A DNA stretch of 64,000 nucleotides, taken from the NCBI GenBank assembly GCA_028023455.1, contig JAQFVV010000003.1, forward strand, positions 23,684,001-23,748,000, written 5' to 3'. Shown piece by piece: positions 11,844 through 25,039 of the stretch. Under the pieces are notes generated by a model that was given only the letters and a program-made list of their open reading frames with translations, did not search any database and was not told where the DNA came from. Each line of letters begins with the position of its first letter. The stretch's first letter is position 1. A program made the translations under genes and the position numbers. This stretch comes from Epiperipatus broadwayi. Taxonomy: Eukaryota; Animalia; Onychophora.

Positions 11844-12390
11844 ATCACTAAACATCACATGATCACTATCTCATACTAGCACATAATTGTTATTAAACAA
11901 TTCAAAACAAAGCAAAACTCTCCATATAGTAGTGCCATCTTGTGCTAACAAGAGCAATCAATGGATGCCAGAAGGCCTTGTGCATAAAATCCCTATCTAA
12001 TGCCTACTCATCCAATATCCCCAGACTAGTTTCTGGCTTGTGGCCTTCATCAATGAGAGCCTTGGATCTGAGAGCACTGCACCTCGATCTTAGGATATAA
12101 TGCAACCCTCCAGCACCCACCTTTTAACTACAAAACTATGAGAATGAAATTGAAAACACAATTAATATTTTCAATCTAAGCTCAACAGCTTATATAGTCA
12201 TATGGGTCTGAACTCAATTCAGCACCCTTACATTTTGGTGTCTTTGGTTCTTTAACAACCATAGCCACCACTATCCTATTAGGCAGGATTGGTGTTAAAT
12301 CACTAAACATCACATGATCACTATCTCATACTAGCACATAATTGTTATTAAACAATTCAAAACAAAGCAAAACTCTCCATATAGTAGTGC
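11844..12390 (-). mobile_element. Family B' HHR-bearing element: 455-bp monomer with 92-bp terminal direct repeat (retrozyme/pLTR-like)
   Basis: 11844-11935 equals 12299-12390. The body is homologous to 32015-32372 and shares the tatagtcatatgggtctgaac segment with family B. Confidence 0.8.
12019..12059 (-). ncRNA. Hammerhead motif (family B')
   Basis: Reverse complement: ctctca TTGATGA a ggc cacaa gcc a GAAAC TA GTC tgggg; C3U variant, stem III palindrome ACTAGT. Confidence 0.7.
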
Positions 12391-12399
12391 AAGAATTTG

Positions 12400-12620
12400 A
12401 ATTAGATCTGGTATGGGCATGTAAAAGAGAAGGCAATAGATAGGACAGGTGATTAAACTAAAACTCAAGAGATCAAGTATGAAATGTACGAATGAAAAGA
12501 GCAGTATGGAGATGTAAAAAATAAAAAGGAAGTGGTTTAAAGTTGGAAAAATCACCACTTCAACTGTGGAGTGATAATAGTTAAAAAGTAAAATTTTTAA
12601 CACCCAGATATTATGCATAT
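12400..12620 (+). mobile_element. Possible RTE-like LINE 3' fragment
   Basis: WYGHVKEK motif (RL.W.GHV.R-like) in a purine-rich tract; otherwise heavily eroded. Confidence 0.3.
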
Positions 12621-14399
12621 TTTGAATCACAGTTTGTTGAAACACTGATGATGAACATTTAAAATAAAATTAATAATAATTGAAAAGAAAACAATGAAAA
12701 TGTTTTGCCACCTGGGAATAAGGGAGATTTTGAGCCTTAGACTAATGGATGACAATTAAAATGTTATGAGATATGAATCTCAATTCTTTCATATCATCAC
12801 AATAGGTTGGTTATTAAGAATAATAGATTTTTTATGGCCCTGAGTATTGCTATTATTCTTGTAATGGTAGTATTGCTTTCCATTACTATCTATGATTAGC
12901 TGTAAAAGCTATTTCCAAATGGGATATCTTTCCAGTAGTGAGAGCAAATCATGCACTTAGTAACTTTAAAGCACAATACATGCTTTGTTAGTAGTGATAT
13001 AATCACTTTTTTATTTATTATCAATACTCATCTGACCAATCCAGATTAGGTGGCTATTTCTATCTTCCATCTAATATCTAAATGTGATATACTAATAGTT
13101 GATAGCTCATTGGATGAGTGTCTAGATGAAAAAAAAATCTAGATCAGCTCAGGATTGTGATCTGAAAAAAAATTCAAAATCATTTAACTAATAATAATCA
13201 TATGATTAGTTGCTTTGAAGATCATATAATTTTCAAGCCCCAAAGTTATATGTGGAACCTCACTTTAGGGTCTTTTTGCTCTTGAATCTATGACAATAAC
13301 ACTGCAAAAAATAATTTTGACTCTGATGTGATATTGCTCTGTGTGTTTTAGATCACTGGTAGAATACAACTGAACGTTTCTTGATCTAAGCACAACTGTC
13401 ACTTCAGATGCTTGAATATCATCAAATCTTCCAAATAATTAATCACTTGAGTATACTAAAATTTCATTTAATTGACCAAATTGAGATTTTTAAATTTTTT
13501 ACTCTACTAATTAATCCATTAATTTTTGGCGATCCAGTCTATCACTCAACAACTATGGTAAAGATACAAGACAATTAAATTAGATTCGAATCCCAGGTCA
13601 TGGTCATAATTAATGCATAAGCATTAACTAGTAAACACAAATCTTTTCTTTATGATATACCGGAAATTAAACCAGGAATTTTTGCTCCTCAGTAAGTCAT
13701 TTAAATACTGTTTCCTTACGGCTTTTATATTCTTTTCACAAAATCCTATTTTTTTTTTCATTTAATTTTTAAAATCAGACATTTAATTTACTGGTTTTTT
13801 TTTTGTTAAGAAAATGAAATTAGAAAACTTGTTCGTGGAGTTCATTGACCTTGAACAGGTCAAAAAAAAAAAAAATGTTTATTTGAAAAGTAGTTTTGAA
13901 ATAATTTAAATTGACAAGTTCCTAAATGTTGGTCAGTAAATTCCGCTCTTTTTGCGCGAGATAGATATGCTATGGTGCTACAATATTGTATTTGTCTAGT
14001 TATTTCAAGAGCTTAAATAAACACGATGGAATTATGATATTTCCTCTTGATTTAAATATTATTATTATTATTAAAATGTAATATATTTAGACTTTTTTCC
14101 TTTGTTATTCTTTGCTAGTTTATTTCTGAAGCCGTTTCTCCCCATTCGTTCATCCCAAGTAATTTTTATTATGCACTTATAAAAAGGTTTATTTATCTGT
14201 ATGCTGTACGTTTAAATTTTAACTTATATGTTTTCATCGTTTGATAATATATATTAGCATTCTTTCTATAATAATTTAAAGATTTTCATCTCTTAAAAAC
14301 AATACAAGTAATTAATATCTAAAAATATAAAAAGTGACCACTATATATATCATTATTGGGTACTCTCTTCCATGATTCTGAGGTTCTTTTTGATTTAAA

Positions 14400-14620
14400 A
14401 ATATGCACATTTTACTTCACATCTTCAACAAGAATCAATCTGCTGCAGAATAAGTCTTTTGGGTTTAATCCAGTATCTCCAATCTATAGCCTACCTTCTC
14501 TACATCACACTAATAAATTTCCTTATTTCACCCATCTTTAAAACTTCAACTGTGCACCAAGTACCATCTTTTCTACCAATATATCCATTCCAGCTCCAAT
14601 TCAGTCTTTTCAGTAATGTC
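14400..14620 (-). mobile_element. Degenerate RTE LINE 3' end
   Basis: Minus-strand W..YIGRKDGTW...RW.EIRK..W.R.A.D..W..LILQQID remnants (across frameshifts) match the 3' end at 52139-52304. Confidence 0.55.
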
Positions 14621-15100
14621 AGTGTGACAACTGTTTGTTCTATCTAACACTTAACATAATAGAAGGAATGGTTTGTCATTTGAAAGTTCGATGCTTGAGG
14701 ACAGGAATTACAAAATTGAGCTTTGATCAAGGGACCTTTAATTCTTGAGTTCATCATTTTATTGTGAAGGGCAAAAACAATACTGATAAATATAATGACA
14801 GAGTTTGCAATGTTGTAGTAGCATATTTTTTTGGAATTCAACTTCAGATAGAATGGTGTTGACATTTGTTTTAGATAATAAACAGAATTAGGATTTTTTA
14901 TTTTAAGTAACTATCCTAATTATCTACCTAATAAAAGTTATATCTAGGTCAATTAAACTAACCATCCTATATTCTTTAATAGATAATTAGCTATTTTTAG
15001 CAAGAGAATAAAATCCAACTGGAAATAATGAATTGGTTTTTTTTTTCACTGTTTATGGATAGCAGGCTTCTTAATGTGCTATTTTTTTTACTTTTTTGGT

Positions 15101-15179
15101 ATATCAAAGCGTCGGCTGGGAATTGAATCCCAGGATAACTGCTTGTAAGGCAGCTGTGCTAATCACTCAGCCACCAACG
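15101..15179 (-). mobile_element. tRNA-Gly(TCC)-derived short SINE (degenerate)
   Basis: Reverse complement cgttggtggctgagtgattagcacagctgccttacaagcag...gggattcaattcccagccgacgc resembles animal tRNA-Gly(TCC); tail tttgatatac. Confidence 0.7.
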
Positions 15180-18070
15180 TTTTAAAGGTTGTTTTGCCAT
15201 CAGTGCTGTTTTACCATCAATGTTATGCATATATATACATAAGATTTTTGTCTTTGCAGTGATATACATTGTTGGTGCCCTGACTCTTTAACAATTAAAT
15301 ATAAATTTTAAAAATGTTTTTTTATATGAGTTGATATGTATGACAAACCAAAACTGATAATCTTTAATGCATATTATAAGTGTGCAATGCATTTTATCAT
15401 GCAATGTAACATAAAGTTACAAAAATCTCTTGATATTCTGGATTTCAAAAATTATCTAGGATATATCTGAATCTTTTGCGTAACTGAGAAAGGTCAGTAT
15501 TTTGTGGCTAGTACTTTTCTGGAAAATGAATGAATGTAAAATATAAATCATGTAACTTATGTGATCGTAGTCTTTTATGGAATGTTTTTCAGGACAGAAT
15601 ACAAGATATTAGAGCAAAAGATATTCTTATGTGATGTGTGAAGAAATACATCATTAAATATTTAACATGGAATTTGAGAAATAGTCAGAAGATTGTCAGA
15701 ATAGAATAGTGTATTGAGCTTCTTAAGTGACAAACATTTTATAAAGACTGTTAAGATGTGAACATGCCAATAATTAGTGATAGGATTTATGTAGGAATAT
15801 GAAATATGGAATTAGTTTGCCAAATCACACTTGAGGTAGTCATGTGACTTCATTATCATCATATGTGATTACTGGTTCACCAATGAATTTGATATCTTAT
15901 TTTTATTAAGTAATTCTTATATAATATATTCCAGACTTCTTGGTAGATTGCAGTCAGTAGAAGTCATAAAATCCATCATAACTATAGCTTGTTTCAATTG
16001 CACTTTAGTTCACTGTCTAATCCAGAGTAGTGTGATTGTTCTTATTATCATCTATCAAGTGATATTTGACATTTTCATGAAGCTTTGTCTTTGTCAATGC
16101 TGATCAGTCTTTATTGCCAAGTTATGATAAATTCTTTTTACTATCAAACAATATTGCATCCTGGAATACAAATAATCAACCCTTATAAAATACTTTCAGG
16201 TGGTGGGATGTTGGAAATGAAATGTTACAACAACAATGAATAGAATGGCATAATTAAAAAGTAAAAATTCTTAAACCAATTCTAATCTGGACCCCCCCTC
16301 CCCGATTTTTGATTAGCTGAATGAAACAGTTATGCTTGACATTTGATTGCTCAAATATCATGATCCCTCCTGAGCAACTTTATCATATGGTTTAATACTT
16401 CATTATACTTTGAGAAGTGTAAGTGTATATAGTTACTTCAAATGTTATTAAACCTTCTTGCGACATCTGCATTATTTTTTAAATATTACAGATTGAAGAA
16501 AATATTAATCTACATTATTTAGTAAAATCTAAAAAAATCTATATATGATCCATGAAGATTGAATGTAACATTCAAATAAGTACACACACATAGTTATCTT
16601 CTAATTGATCTATTATTTGAACAATGAATGACAATGTGCAATAACCACTTTCAGGCTAATTTTCCTTCCAATTTTCAACATGCTTGATGTTATTCATCCT
16701 TTTGGCTATTTTTTTCTTGACTCATTCACAATAACAATCATGACATCTTTTCCCAGCATGTTTGCCTATACTACTACATATCCAAAATAATATAGTTTTT
16801 TATTATTTAACTATTTCAGTATCCTTATGTATATGTCTTCATCATAAACTTATTAATAAGTTTTCTTAAACATCAAAGATACCAAGCTCAAAGACATCAA
16901 ACCTTGCTCTCTTTTATTTTTTAACGTCTATGTTTTATTTCTACACTTTAATATAGACCATATCAAAGACTTACATGTAGAAAAAATGACTCTCCTCCCC
17001 TGCTAAGTTGATAAAAACAAATACAAGTACAAAATTCAAATTAATTGAAAAGATTATATAACAGCTACACTTAAATTGACTGAAAAACAGGTTCATTTTC
17101 TCTTGTTTGTGTTAAATTTTGAAATCAGATGAGAAATGATTGAACTTTGAAAAAGTTATGTTGACATGTAATTTACTTGCACAGTCTCTAATTAGCATTA
17201 AGTATTTGGAATTTTGTCTCTATATATTTATAGATAACATTTCTGTGATGAGATATTCCGTTTTCATTATAGAAAAAGTGTTATTATACACTGTTATATG
17301 TGAATTTCAGCATATAGTATTGTTTATCCATTGATGTGTCTGAAGCATTTAATTAGTAATCCTTCAAAATTCTGATTATTTCTCTCTCTCTTTGTGTGTC
17401 ATTTACTCTGTAGTTTCTAAGCAAAATTTTAGTATCTAATAATTAAAAAAAAAAAGACAAAAATCTAAATTCTGACAAGAGTACAATTCAATATTAGCAA
17501 AAAGTGCGTGTAACTTAGATAAAACAATAATTATTATGAAATTGACTAATGCCATTTATAATTGCTCAATTTTGAGTCGTAACCATTTTAATCATTTAGA
17601 AACATACAATGATGATTCCCCCCCCCCCCAAGTTTGAAATAATGACTTCCCTTTTATATAAAAATAATTATTCATTCCAGTTTTTTTTTATTATAACCTT
17701 TAAGTGAGTAAAGAATGAAAAATAATTATGTAATCTGGCCTCTGTATATCGAAAACTTTCATTTTTACTCGTCTATGTTGACCAACAAGTTATACATCAT
17801 GTATCTGAACCTGTGTTTTAACTATTAATTAGTTATCAAATTAATTTTTTATAATGACATTTGCAGTCTGTCTACTACCATATTTTTATTCTTTCAAAAT
17901 ATGGCCCAAGGTTTATGCATATACTTCTATCTAACAAATCTTTCATGTTAGTTTTCTAATCTTTAAGTTTTATCTACTGTGAACAAAAGCTGATAAATGC
18001 TTCTTTAAATTGCATTTATATATTATATATGCACACGTTTACCATTTATTATATATTTCCCTTGTATTTT

Positions 18071-18161
18071 TTTCATATGTCAAATGAGTTGACCAGGAAG
18101 TGAACCCGGACCAGCTGCTTGGAAGGCAGCTATGCTAACCAGTAGCCCACCAACGCCTGAC
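18071..18161 (-). mobile_element. tRNA-Gly(TCC)-derived short SINE with A-tail and 19-bp TSD
   Basis: Reverse complement gtcag gcgttggtgggctactggttagcatagctgccttccaagcag...tttgacatatgaaaa. TSD tatatttccct(t/g)gtatttt at 18052-18070 and 18162-18180. Confidence 0.85.
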
Positions 18162-18552
18162 TATATTTCCCTGGTATTTTAACCATAAACAATTATAATT
18201 TATCAAAAGTCAAAATTTTACTCTTTAATATACCATAAAAATTTGAAATTCTGCTTTCTAAAAGTTGGTGCTTATTTTGTCTTTAGCTAAAAAATTACAT
18301 AATCCGATATTTCCTTTCTTAATTGATTTTTTTTTTTTTATAAACTCTTAGATTGTCAACTAATTAATGCAAAATTTAAATTTTATTTAATTGCTCTTAC
18401 ATATACGGAATGCTCAAGTTGTTATTGTTATTATAATAATTATAATAAGTTTTATCTAAATAATTATAACAATCTCAATTGAAAATAAAAAAAAACAAAA
18501 GCAACACAAGTAATTTTTCTAGAACATACCCACACAAATTTGCTTACCTGTG

Positions 18553-20270
18553 GGGAGAGGAAAGCAATTAAATCTCTCAAAGCAGATAAATCTATAATTA
18601 TTCTCCCTGCTGACAAAGGCAATGCAACAGTTGTAATGGATACAACTGATTATGACAACAAAATACAAGAACTCCTCACAGCTGGCCAATATAGAAAAGT
18701 GGCAAAAGATCCGATACCAAGTACGGAAACAAAGTTACAAGCATTACTCAGAAAGCATCGCAAGTACTTCACTGATTCAGAAAAGAGTAAAATAACATCA
18801 TATTTCAGCAAAATTCCTCATCTTTATGGTCTATCTAAAATCCATAAGGATCATGTTCCATTACGACCTATTGTTAGTTCTAGAGATTCACCTTGCCAGA
18901 ATTTGGCAAGATTTCTTCTCAAAGTTCTAAGTCCTTTGGCATGCAAGACCCAATCATTTGTCAGGGATTCTAGACACTTTGTAGAATTAATCAAGAACAT
19001 GAAAATTGAAAGAACTGACTTACTGGCAAGCTTTGATGTGGAAAGTTTATCCACAAATGTACCATGTGAAGAAGCATTGTCTATTGTAAGAAAAAGGTTA
19101 AATGATGATAATAGTTTACAAACCAGAACAGCTCTTCCTATTGATAGCATAATGGAACTATTAACTTTCTGTATAAAAACAACCTACTTTCAATATAACA
19201 CAGAATTCTTCCAACAAAATCAAGGAATGGCTATGGGCTCACCATTGTCTCCCCTGATTAGCAATATTTACATGGAAGAACTTGAAACCACAGCCATAAA
19301 AACTACTCCATATCCACCTAAAGTTTGGCTTCGCTATGTGGATGATACATTTGTTGTATGGCCACATGGTGAAGCATTGCTACAAACTTTCTGGACACAC
19401 ATCAACAACATATCCCCTTCAATTAAATTCACAATAGAACCAGAACAAGAACAAAAATTGGCATTCTTAGATGTTCTTGTGACAAGACTCCCTCATGGCA
19501 AAATCAAAACTACAGTTTACCGAAAACCTACACATACAGGAAAATACCTAGCCTATACATCTAATCACACCAGAAACACAAAACATGGAGTTATACTATC
19601 ACTGTGGAACAGAGCAAAAGAAGTTTGTTCAGAAACTGGTGATTTGGAAAAAGAAAAGATCTATATAGAACAAACTCTTAAGAAAAATGGTTATCCATCA
19701 GCTGTTATTAAGAAAACATTAAATAGACAACAAAAAGAACCATCAAGAGAAAAGACAATTATTGGTACTGTAGTGTATCCATACATTCCAAAAATAGCAG
19801 ACAAATTAAGGAAAATCTGCAATCAGTATAACATCAGAACAGCTTTCCAGAGCCATACCACACTATGAGGAATTCTAACATCTACAAAGCCTAAACTTGA
19901 AATGCTGAAAAGAAAAAACTGCATCTATGAAATACCATGTGAATGTGGAAGAACATATATTGGTGAGACCAGCCGTCCCATTGAAAAGCACTTGCAAGAA
20001 CATAAACTGATGATTAGAAGAGAGAAAACAGATGTGTCTAAGGTAGCAGACCATGTATGGACCAATGAACATACGTTCAATTGGGAAAATACAAAAATAT
20101 TGGATAAAGAAGAAAAGGTACAAAGAAGAAAATTTAAAGAAGCTGCTCACATGACAATGGCAAAAAATCCCATAAGCCAACCTAGTGTGACTATACATAA
20201 TGTATGGAAACCACTAATCAACTTTGCTCTGAGGAAAAAGTGGAGAAATCAGGAGGAACCTCATAGATAA
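18553..20270 (+). pseudogene. Penelope RT-GIY-YIG ORF, N-terminally truncated, single in-frame TGA at 19866-19868
   Basis: PADKGNATVVMD, LYGLSKIHK, PLRPIVS, SFDVESL.TNVP, QGMAMGSPLSP, RYVDD (19335-19346), FLDV, VYRKPTHT. The frame continues through TGA into CIYEIPCECGRTYIGETSR. Confidence 0.95.
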
Positions 20271-20301
20271 GTATATGAAATTACTACATACTGTTGCCTT
20301 T

Positions 20302-20388
20302 GGCAGGATGGCTCAGTTGGTTAGAGCGTTACCTTAAATTTCAATAATCAAGAATCTAAGGACCCAGGTTCGAATCCCATGCTAGTAC
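20302..20388 (+). promoter_or_regulatory. tRNA-derived Pol III A/B-box module inside the Penelope pseudo-LTR
   Basis: A box tggctcagttggttagagc and B box ggttcgaatccc (20367-20378), with an intron-like expansion of the anticodon region; conserved in both arms of 10047-10715. Confidence 0.75.
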
Positions 20389-20406
20389 TGTCACTGGTCA
20401 GGCCAG

Positions 20407-20453
20407 CAACACCTGAAGAAGAGGGGAGAAAAATACCTCTCGAAACGTTGTGC
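20407..20453 (+). ncRNA. Minimal type I hammerhead ribozyme (family A, intact core)
   Basis: caacac CTGAAGA a GAGGGG agaaaaata CCTCTC GAAAC GTT gtg; palindrome AACGTT in place of stem III, as known for PLE HHRs. Confidence 0.85.
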
Positions 20454-20560
20454 ATATACTAACCTGTTTGCTGTGATATTACTAACATTTGTTTGCTGTG
20501 ATATTACTAACAGTTGGTGCATATACTAACCTGTTTGCTGTGATATTACTAACAGTTGAA
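20450..20560. repeat. Short tandem repeats (~24-40 bp) in the pseudo-LTR
   Basis: tgtttgctgtgatattactaaca occurs three times and tgcatatactaacc twice. Confidence 0.8.
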
Positions 20561-23500
20561 TGCATTTGGAATATTTAACTAAAAATTAAACTTTTCTAAA
20601 GACATTCAACACACATATTAGATGATGGAAATAGTCCAATATAAAAATACAGCTAGAACACCATCATCACAAACCTTCAGAAAAACATTGCTTACCTGTG
20701 TTTTAACTAACAACTTTTTTATATTATATATATTTTTTCATTGTTTCTGAGAAGCAGATGTCAATGAGTGCTGGGTACATCAAATACAACTTAAGTCTAC
20801 AATAGAGTAGCCGGCTTGAGATTTAAAGCTTTTGGATCAAAGCTTATTGTATTACTTCTGGTGCTGAAACATCATTTGATCTCTCCACATAGTTAATCAT
20901 TTGGTCTTGTTATTTTTTATGTGCTGGAAATTTTGCAGTTCAGTAATTAAATTATCAAAATTCTACACACATTGTCTATTTAAATCAATTTTTCCAAAAC
21001 TTTAAGACTGCTTGACTTAAATTGGATACATATGGATATACGTAGTTTATTTCTTTATTAGCTTTGCTCTTTATCTTAAAGTAATCACTTGATAGGGTTT
21101 TCTATTTGTGTAAACAAAATGACTTATAAACATTTGCAATTTTTGCCCTTTACAAACTTCTACAGCAATTTTAACCATTTTTTTTTTTTTGGTTTTTGTT
21201 ACTTTACAAATTTGCACACAACACTTAAATTTGTGTTTGTATTAAAAACAACAAGTACTGATACTCACTGTTATTTAATGACCTACATAAATATATTGAA
21301 ACTATTCATTATATTTAAAAAAAAAAATACGTTTTAATGATATTGTTAGTGCTTATAAAAATTAAATTGTAAATCACATTCATTTTAAAACAAGTTTTCA
21401 TAGCTAACTCACATTTTGCAAAACAAAATTTGGGAAATAGCACTCTACAGTAATAATTTTTGTCTTTGTAATCATATTTTCAATTTCTGATTTTAGTATC
21501 AACATTCAGTAGATTTGTAAACCTCCAACATTGGAATTTTCCCTTAATTACCATGCTGTTGTTTTTTTAATTTGCACACATATCATGATGATTTAATGGT
21601 AGAGTTGTTTAGGGCTGATAAAAAGCAAGGGAAGATCTTCAGTGTCTTAGCATCTGAATTTGAAACATACTGATGATTATGCTATTCTTTCCACTTTAAA
21701 ACAGACATTTAATCGCAGCATTATATGATGAAAGAAGCTCTATTAAAGTGAAATATGTCTGAAAATTTTGTTTTCAGTTTATACTATTACATTTCCCATT
21801 ATTTAAAATTCTTTAGTGTTATTTATTAACTAGAGAGAGATAAAGATCAAAAAATAACACTGTTTAGTGTTTTTGATATTTAAATATGACATTTGAACAT
21901 GATATAGTTCTGTGCACTTTAATTATACAGAATTGAAGGTTTTTTTCAACTTTCCTCATCAGAAATGGTGCAAAAACTTCTATTTCTTGGGTTTGCCATT
22001 TTATCATTGTGCTAAAACATATTAGTATTCTGCATAAAGCAATATTGTAACTTAACTACTCCATTTGAAATAGTAACATTAGTATTTGTGGTTACTTTAT
22101 TTACTGTTTAACAATGTTGAGATTTTTTTGTATGAACATAAAAGGATATAATGATATCATGTACAGTTAACACAGTATATTGGAAGTTGTAGTCTCTAGA
22201 GATAAATATTTGTGGACTGATTTTCAGATAAAAGAAACCATAATCTCAATTTGGCTAATTGATTGCAAGTATTGTACTGAATCTATTGTTTTGGTGCTGA
22301 ACATCATACAATTTTTTCAGCAATTGACCATTTTTCTTATTTATTTATGTTTTAAGATAAAACTATAAATGGGTCTTACCAATAATCGAAGTGAAAAAAT
22401 TGTATGTGACAGAATAAGCTGGAATATTTTATTTACTCAGAAATATAAAAAATATGAAAATATTCACAAACACATACATTGAAGCTCATACTGTTTTTAT
22501 ATAGAAACCTCTTTATATATTTTAAAATGAATTTATTAGAATAAATATTCTAATTGAATTCAAAAAATTATACATAAATAAGACTTTATTAAATGAGTTA
22601 GATAAGAATATAATCCATAATCTGTACTTCTTGAATACACTATTTGAATTCCCCAACACATTCATATTTTCTTATTTTTATATTTAGTACAAAGATAGAC
22701 AAGCAATCAACTTAGATTATACTGGAATCCTTACTGTTTGTCTAATAAAATCTAAGTACTCATTTTTCAACTAGTGTTTGATGACTAGGCAGATTAGCTA
22801 TGGCTTGACTATAGTTAAGAAAAATTCTTAGCATGTCCACATGCAAATCCTAAATGATGAATATGGAAAGTGAAAAAAGTAAACATTATGTTTAACATTC
22901 TTTTTATAAGATTACATAATAAACATAAAATAAATGATCAAGAATGCAAATAAAAAACTTAGTAATCATACTGTTATTGCAAAATTGGCACTTACATATC
23001 AAACAAAAACTACAGAAACTCAAATCCATGGATTATGATTCAATTTTTAAATATTTATTAATAGGAAATTTTAATCAAAGTTCATAGTAATTATTTAAAG
23101 TTGTAAATAGTGTTATTGTCTGCCAATTTAATCCCCTGTACTTACTTGTTCATCTTTATTCAAAAAATATAAGAAAAGCAATAATAGCACTAATTTTTTT
23201 TTTCTTAGACAATTGACTGCAGTCAACTTAGCTAGCAAATCCAATATTGGTCAATAAATGAGTTTTGAACTATAATAAGTTAAAAAGTAGATGCCAAGTT
23301 AATCTGGATGGTCTGATGAGTATTGATGCACTGACTTTAAAAACAAATAAATATAGTTGTAATATGAGGTAGCCATTATCATTCATTGTTGGAAGGGGTG
23401 GGGTTCTACAAACAGTCAGTTTGGTTTTCCACATCTGGTCACCACTTGGTTTTTTTAGATCGAACCTCAATAAATATATCTTAATAATTTTATTAAATTT

Positions 23501-25039
23501 CCCTCTCTTCACTTACATTGTTCTTGAGCTGTAATAACATTTTAAAAATAAAAACACTTTTCAGTTTTGGTGCAGAACAATTAATGCTATTTACAATAAT
23601 TTATTTTTGTTAAATAATATTACTTATTTTAAGTATGTTTTTCTCAACACTTAAGGTGATTTCAAAGATATGCAATCATCTTTTTCACATAGAAACTGAA
23701 AAAGGCCTTTTTATTTCTCTTATGAGATTTAATGCAAAGATTATCATTAGAAGTCATAAATTATGGTTCTGTTTTCTATGCTTTTGGTTTTCAAACCTTT
23801 TAATGATCTCCTGACCAATCATTCAATTATTTTTACATGTAAATACGGCAGGGGGGAAGGCATCTTATTTGTCCTGGGTTGTTTATTGCAATGGTAAAAC
23901 TCTGAAGTTCATGAATCACGACTTCAGTTATCACTTCCAATGCTCAAACATATTCTGAATTCCTAAACTATAAACAATTCAATTACTTTTATTTAGAGAG
24001 AGAAATTATAGTTATGAATACATTAATATGATTTTCATAACTATTTAAATTTTTTAAAGGGTCATTATGATACAAATTTTAGTCCATATGCCTGCCATGT
24101 ATATATGTCATTGAATCTGGTAGTTAGTCCATGGATAATCCAATCAATTATATAATACATCTGGGTATTTTTAGCTAGAGAGTAAAACAAGGACAACAAC
24201 ACCAAAATTTTAATATCCAGCAATTGTCAAACCTGATGGATTGTCCTCTTTTTTACTGTTCTTTTAAAAAGTGCTCTTAGAGAGACTTATGCCCATGAAC
24301 TTTTTAAATGCTGTTTTATTGCATCTACTTTAATTCTTTCTCTCACATCATAAATAAATTTATACATTAAAAATTTTTTTAATGTTTTGCTAAAATAATT
24401 CCAACTATTTTCCAAAATTTATTTGCATATTCTAATAGTCAAACTTTTAACAAAGACTATTATTATCATTGATTTTCTGAAAGGAAATAGTAATGGATTA
24501 TTTTAAAGCTCAATATTGTGAGATTTACATATATATATATATATTATTTTTTATTATCTTTCACAAGAATAATTCATAGAAATAAGGTCTTGGAACCTCA
24601 GTTTATCATTAGGTGAACTATAGTAACTAGAAAAAGATCAAATGATTAGTCATTTCAGAGGTCTTATTATGAGTCAGGAACAAAAGGGATAGCTTGAGCT
24701 TTAATCCAGAAACTTCCAATATTGACTGTTTTTCTAACATTGAATCAAACTTCACAAGCACACTATAACATTTCTTTTAGTTGTGAGGAAATTGCCTATT
24801 TCCTGAATATACAAATATTGCACTCTTTTGCTGAAATAAAAATTTCAATAAAAAATTAAAATGGAAGTCTAATTTTATAATTTATCAGTATATAATAAAT
24901 AATGAATAATTTATCACTTAGGAAGTGAAGCTGTGTTAAACACCAGAAATAATAGCTAATTTTTGATTTAGATATCTTTAATTTCAAGAGTACAGTTTTA
25001 TTTTATTAACTCAATTGTTATATATAGAGCTAGCAGAAC

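Larger units (their letters stand above)
18553..20687 (+). mobile_element. Penelope-like retroelement (Penelope/Poseidon type, C-terminal GIY-YIG), 5'-truncated, one 3' pseudo-LTR, 13-bp TSD
   Basis: PLE RT and endonuclease motifs, HHR-bearing 3' region, TSD ttgcttacctgtg at 18540-18552 and 20688-20700. Confidence 0.95.

Noticed and set aside
13700-14230. CpG-containing segments resembling DNA-transposon remnants (also ~34520-34760, 37750-38030, 52850-53200)
   Set aside because: I could not define matching TIRs, TSDs or coding motifs.
15101-18161. Genuine tRNA-Gly/Val genes at 15109-15179 and 18085-18156
   Set aside because: D- and T-loop substitutions, an A-rich tail and a TSD indicate retroposed SINE copies.
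19866-19868. In-frame TGA in the Penelope ORF as selenocysteine or readthrough (selenoprotein-encoding Naiad PLEs exist)
   Set aside because: This element has a C-terminal endonuclease, unlike Naiads. The position fits Arg in T-L-R-x-x-L, so CGA-to-TGA decay is simpler, and I recognised no SECIS.
20302-20388. Functional intron-containing tRNA gene (also 10433-10510)
   Set aside because: The acceptor and anticodon stems do not pair properly, and the module is embedded in a retroelement terminus.
23313-23345. CTGATGA hammerhead-like core
   Set aside because: No stem II followed by GAAA and no stem I partner.
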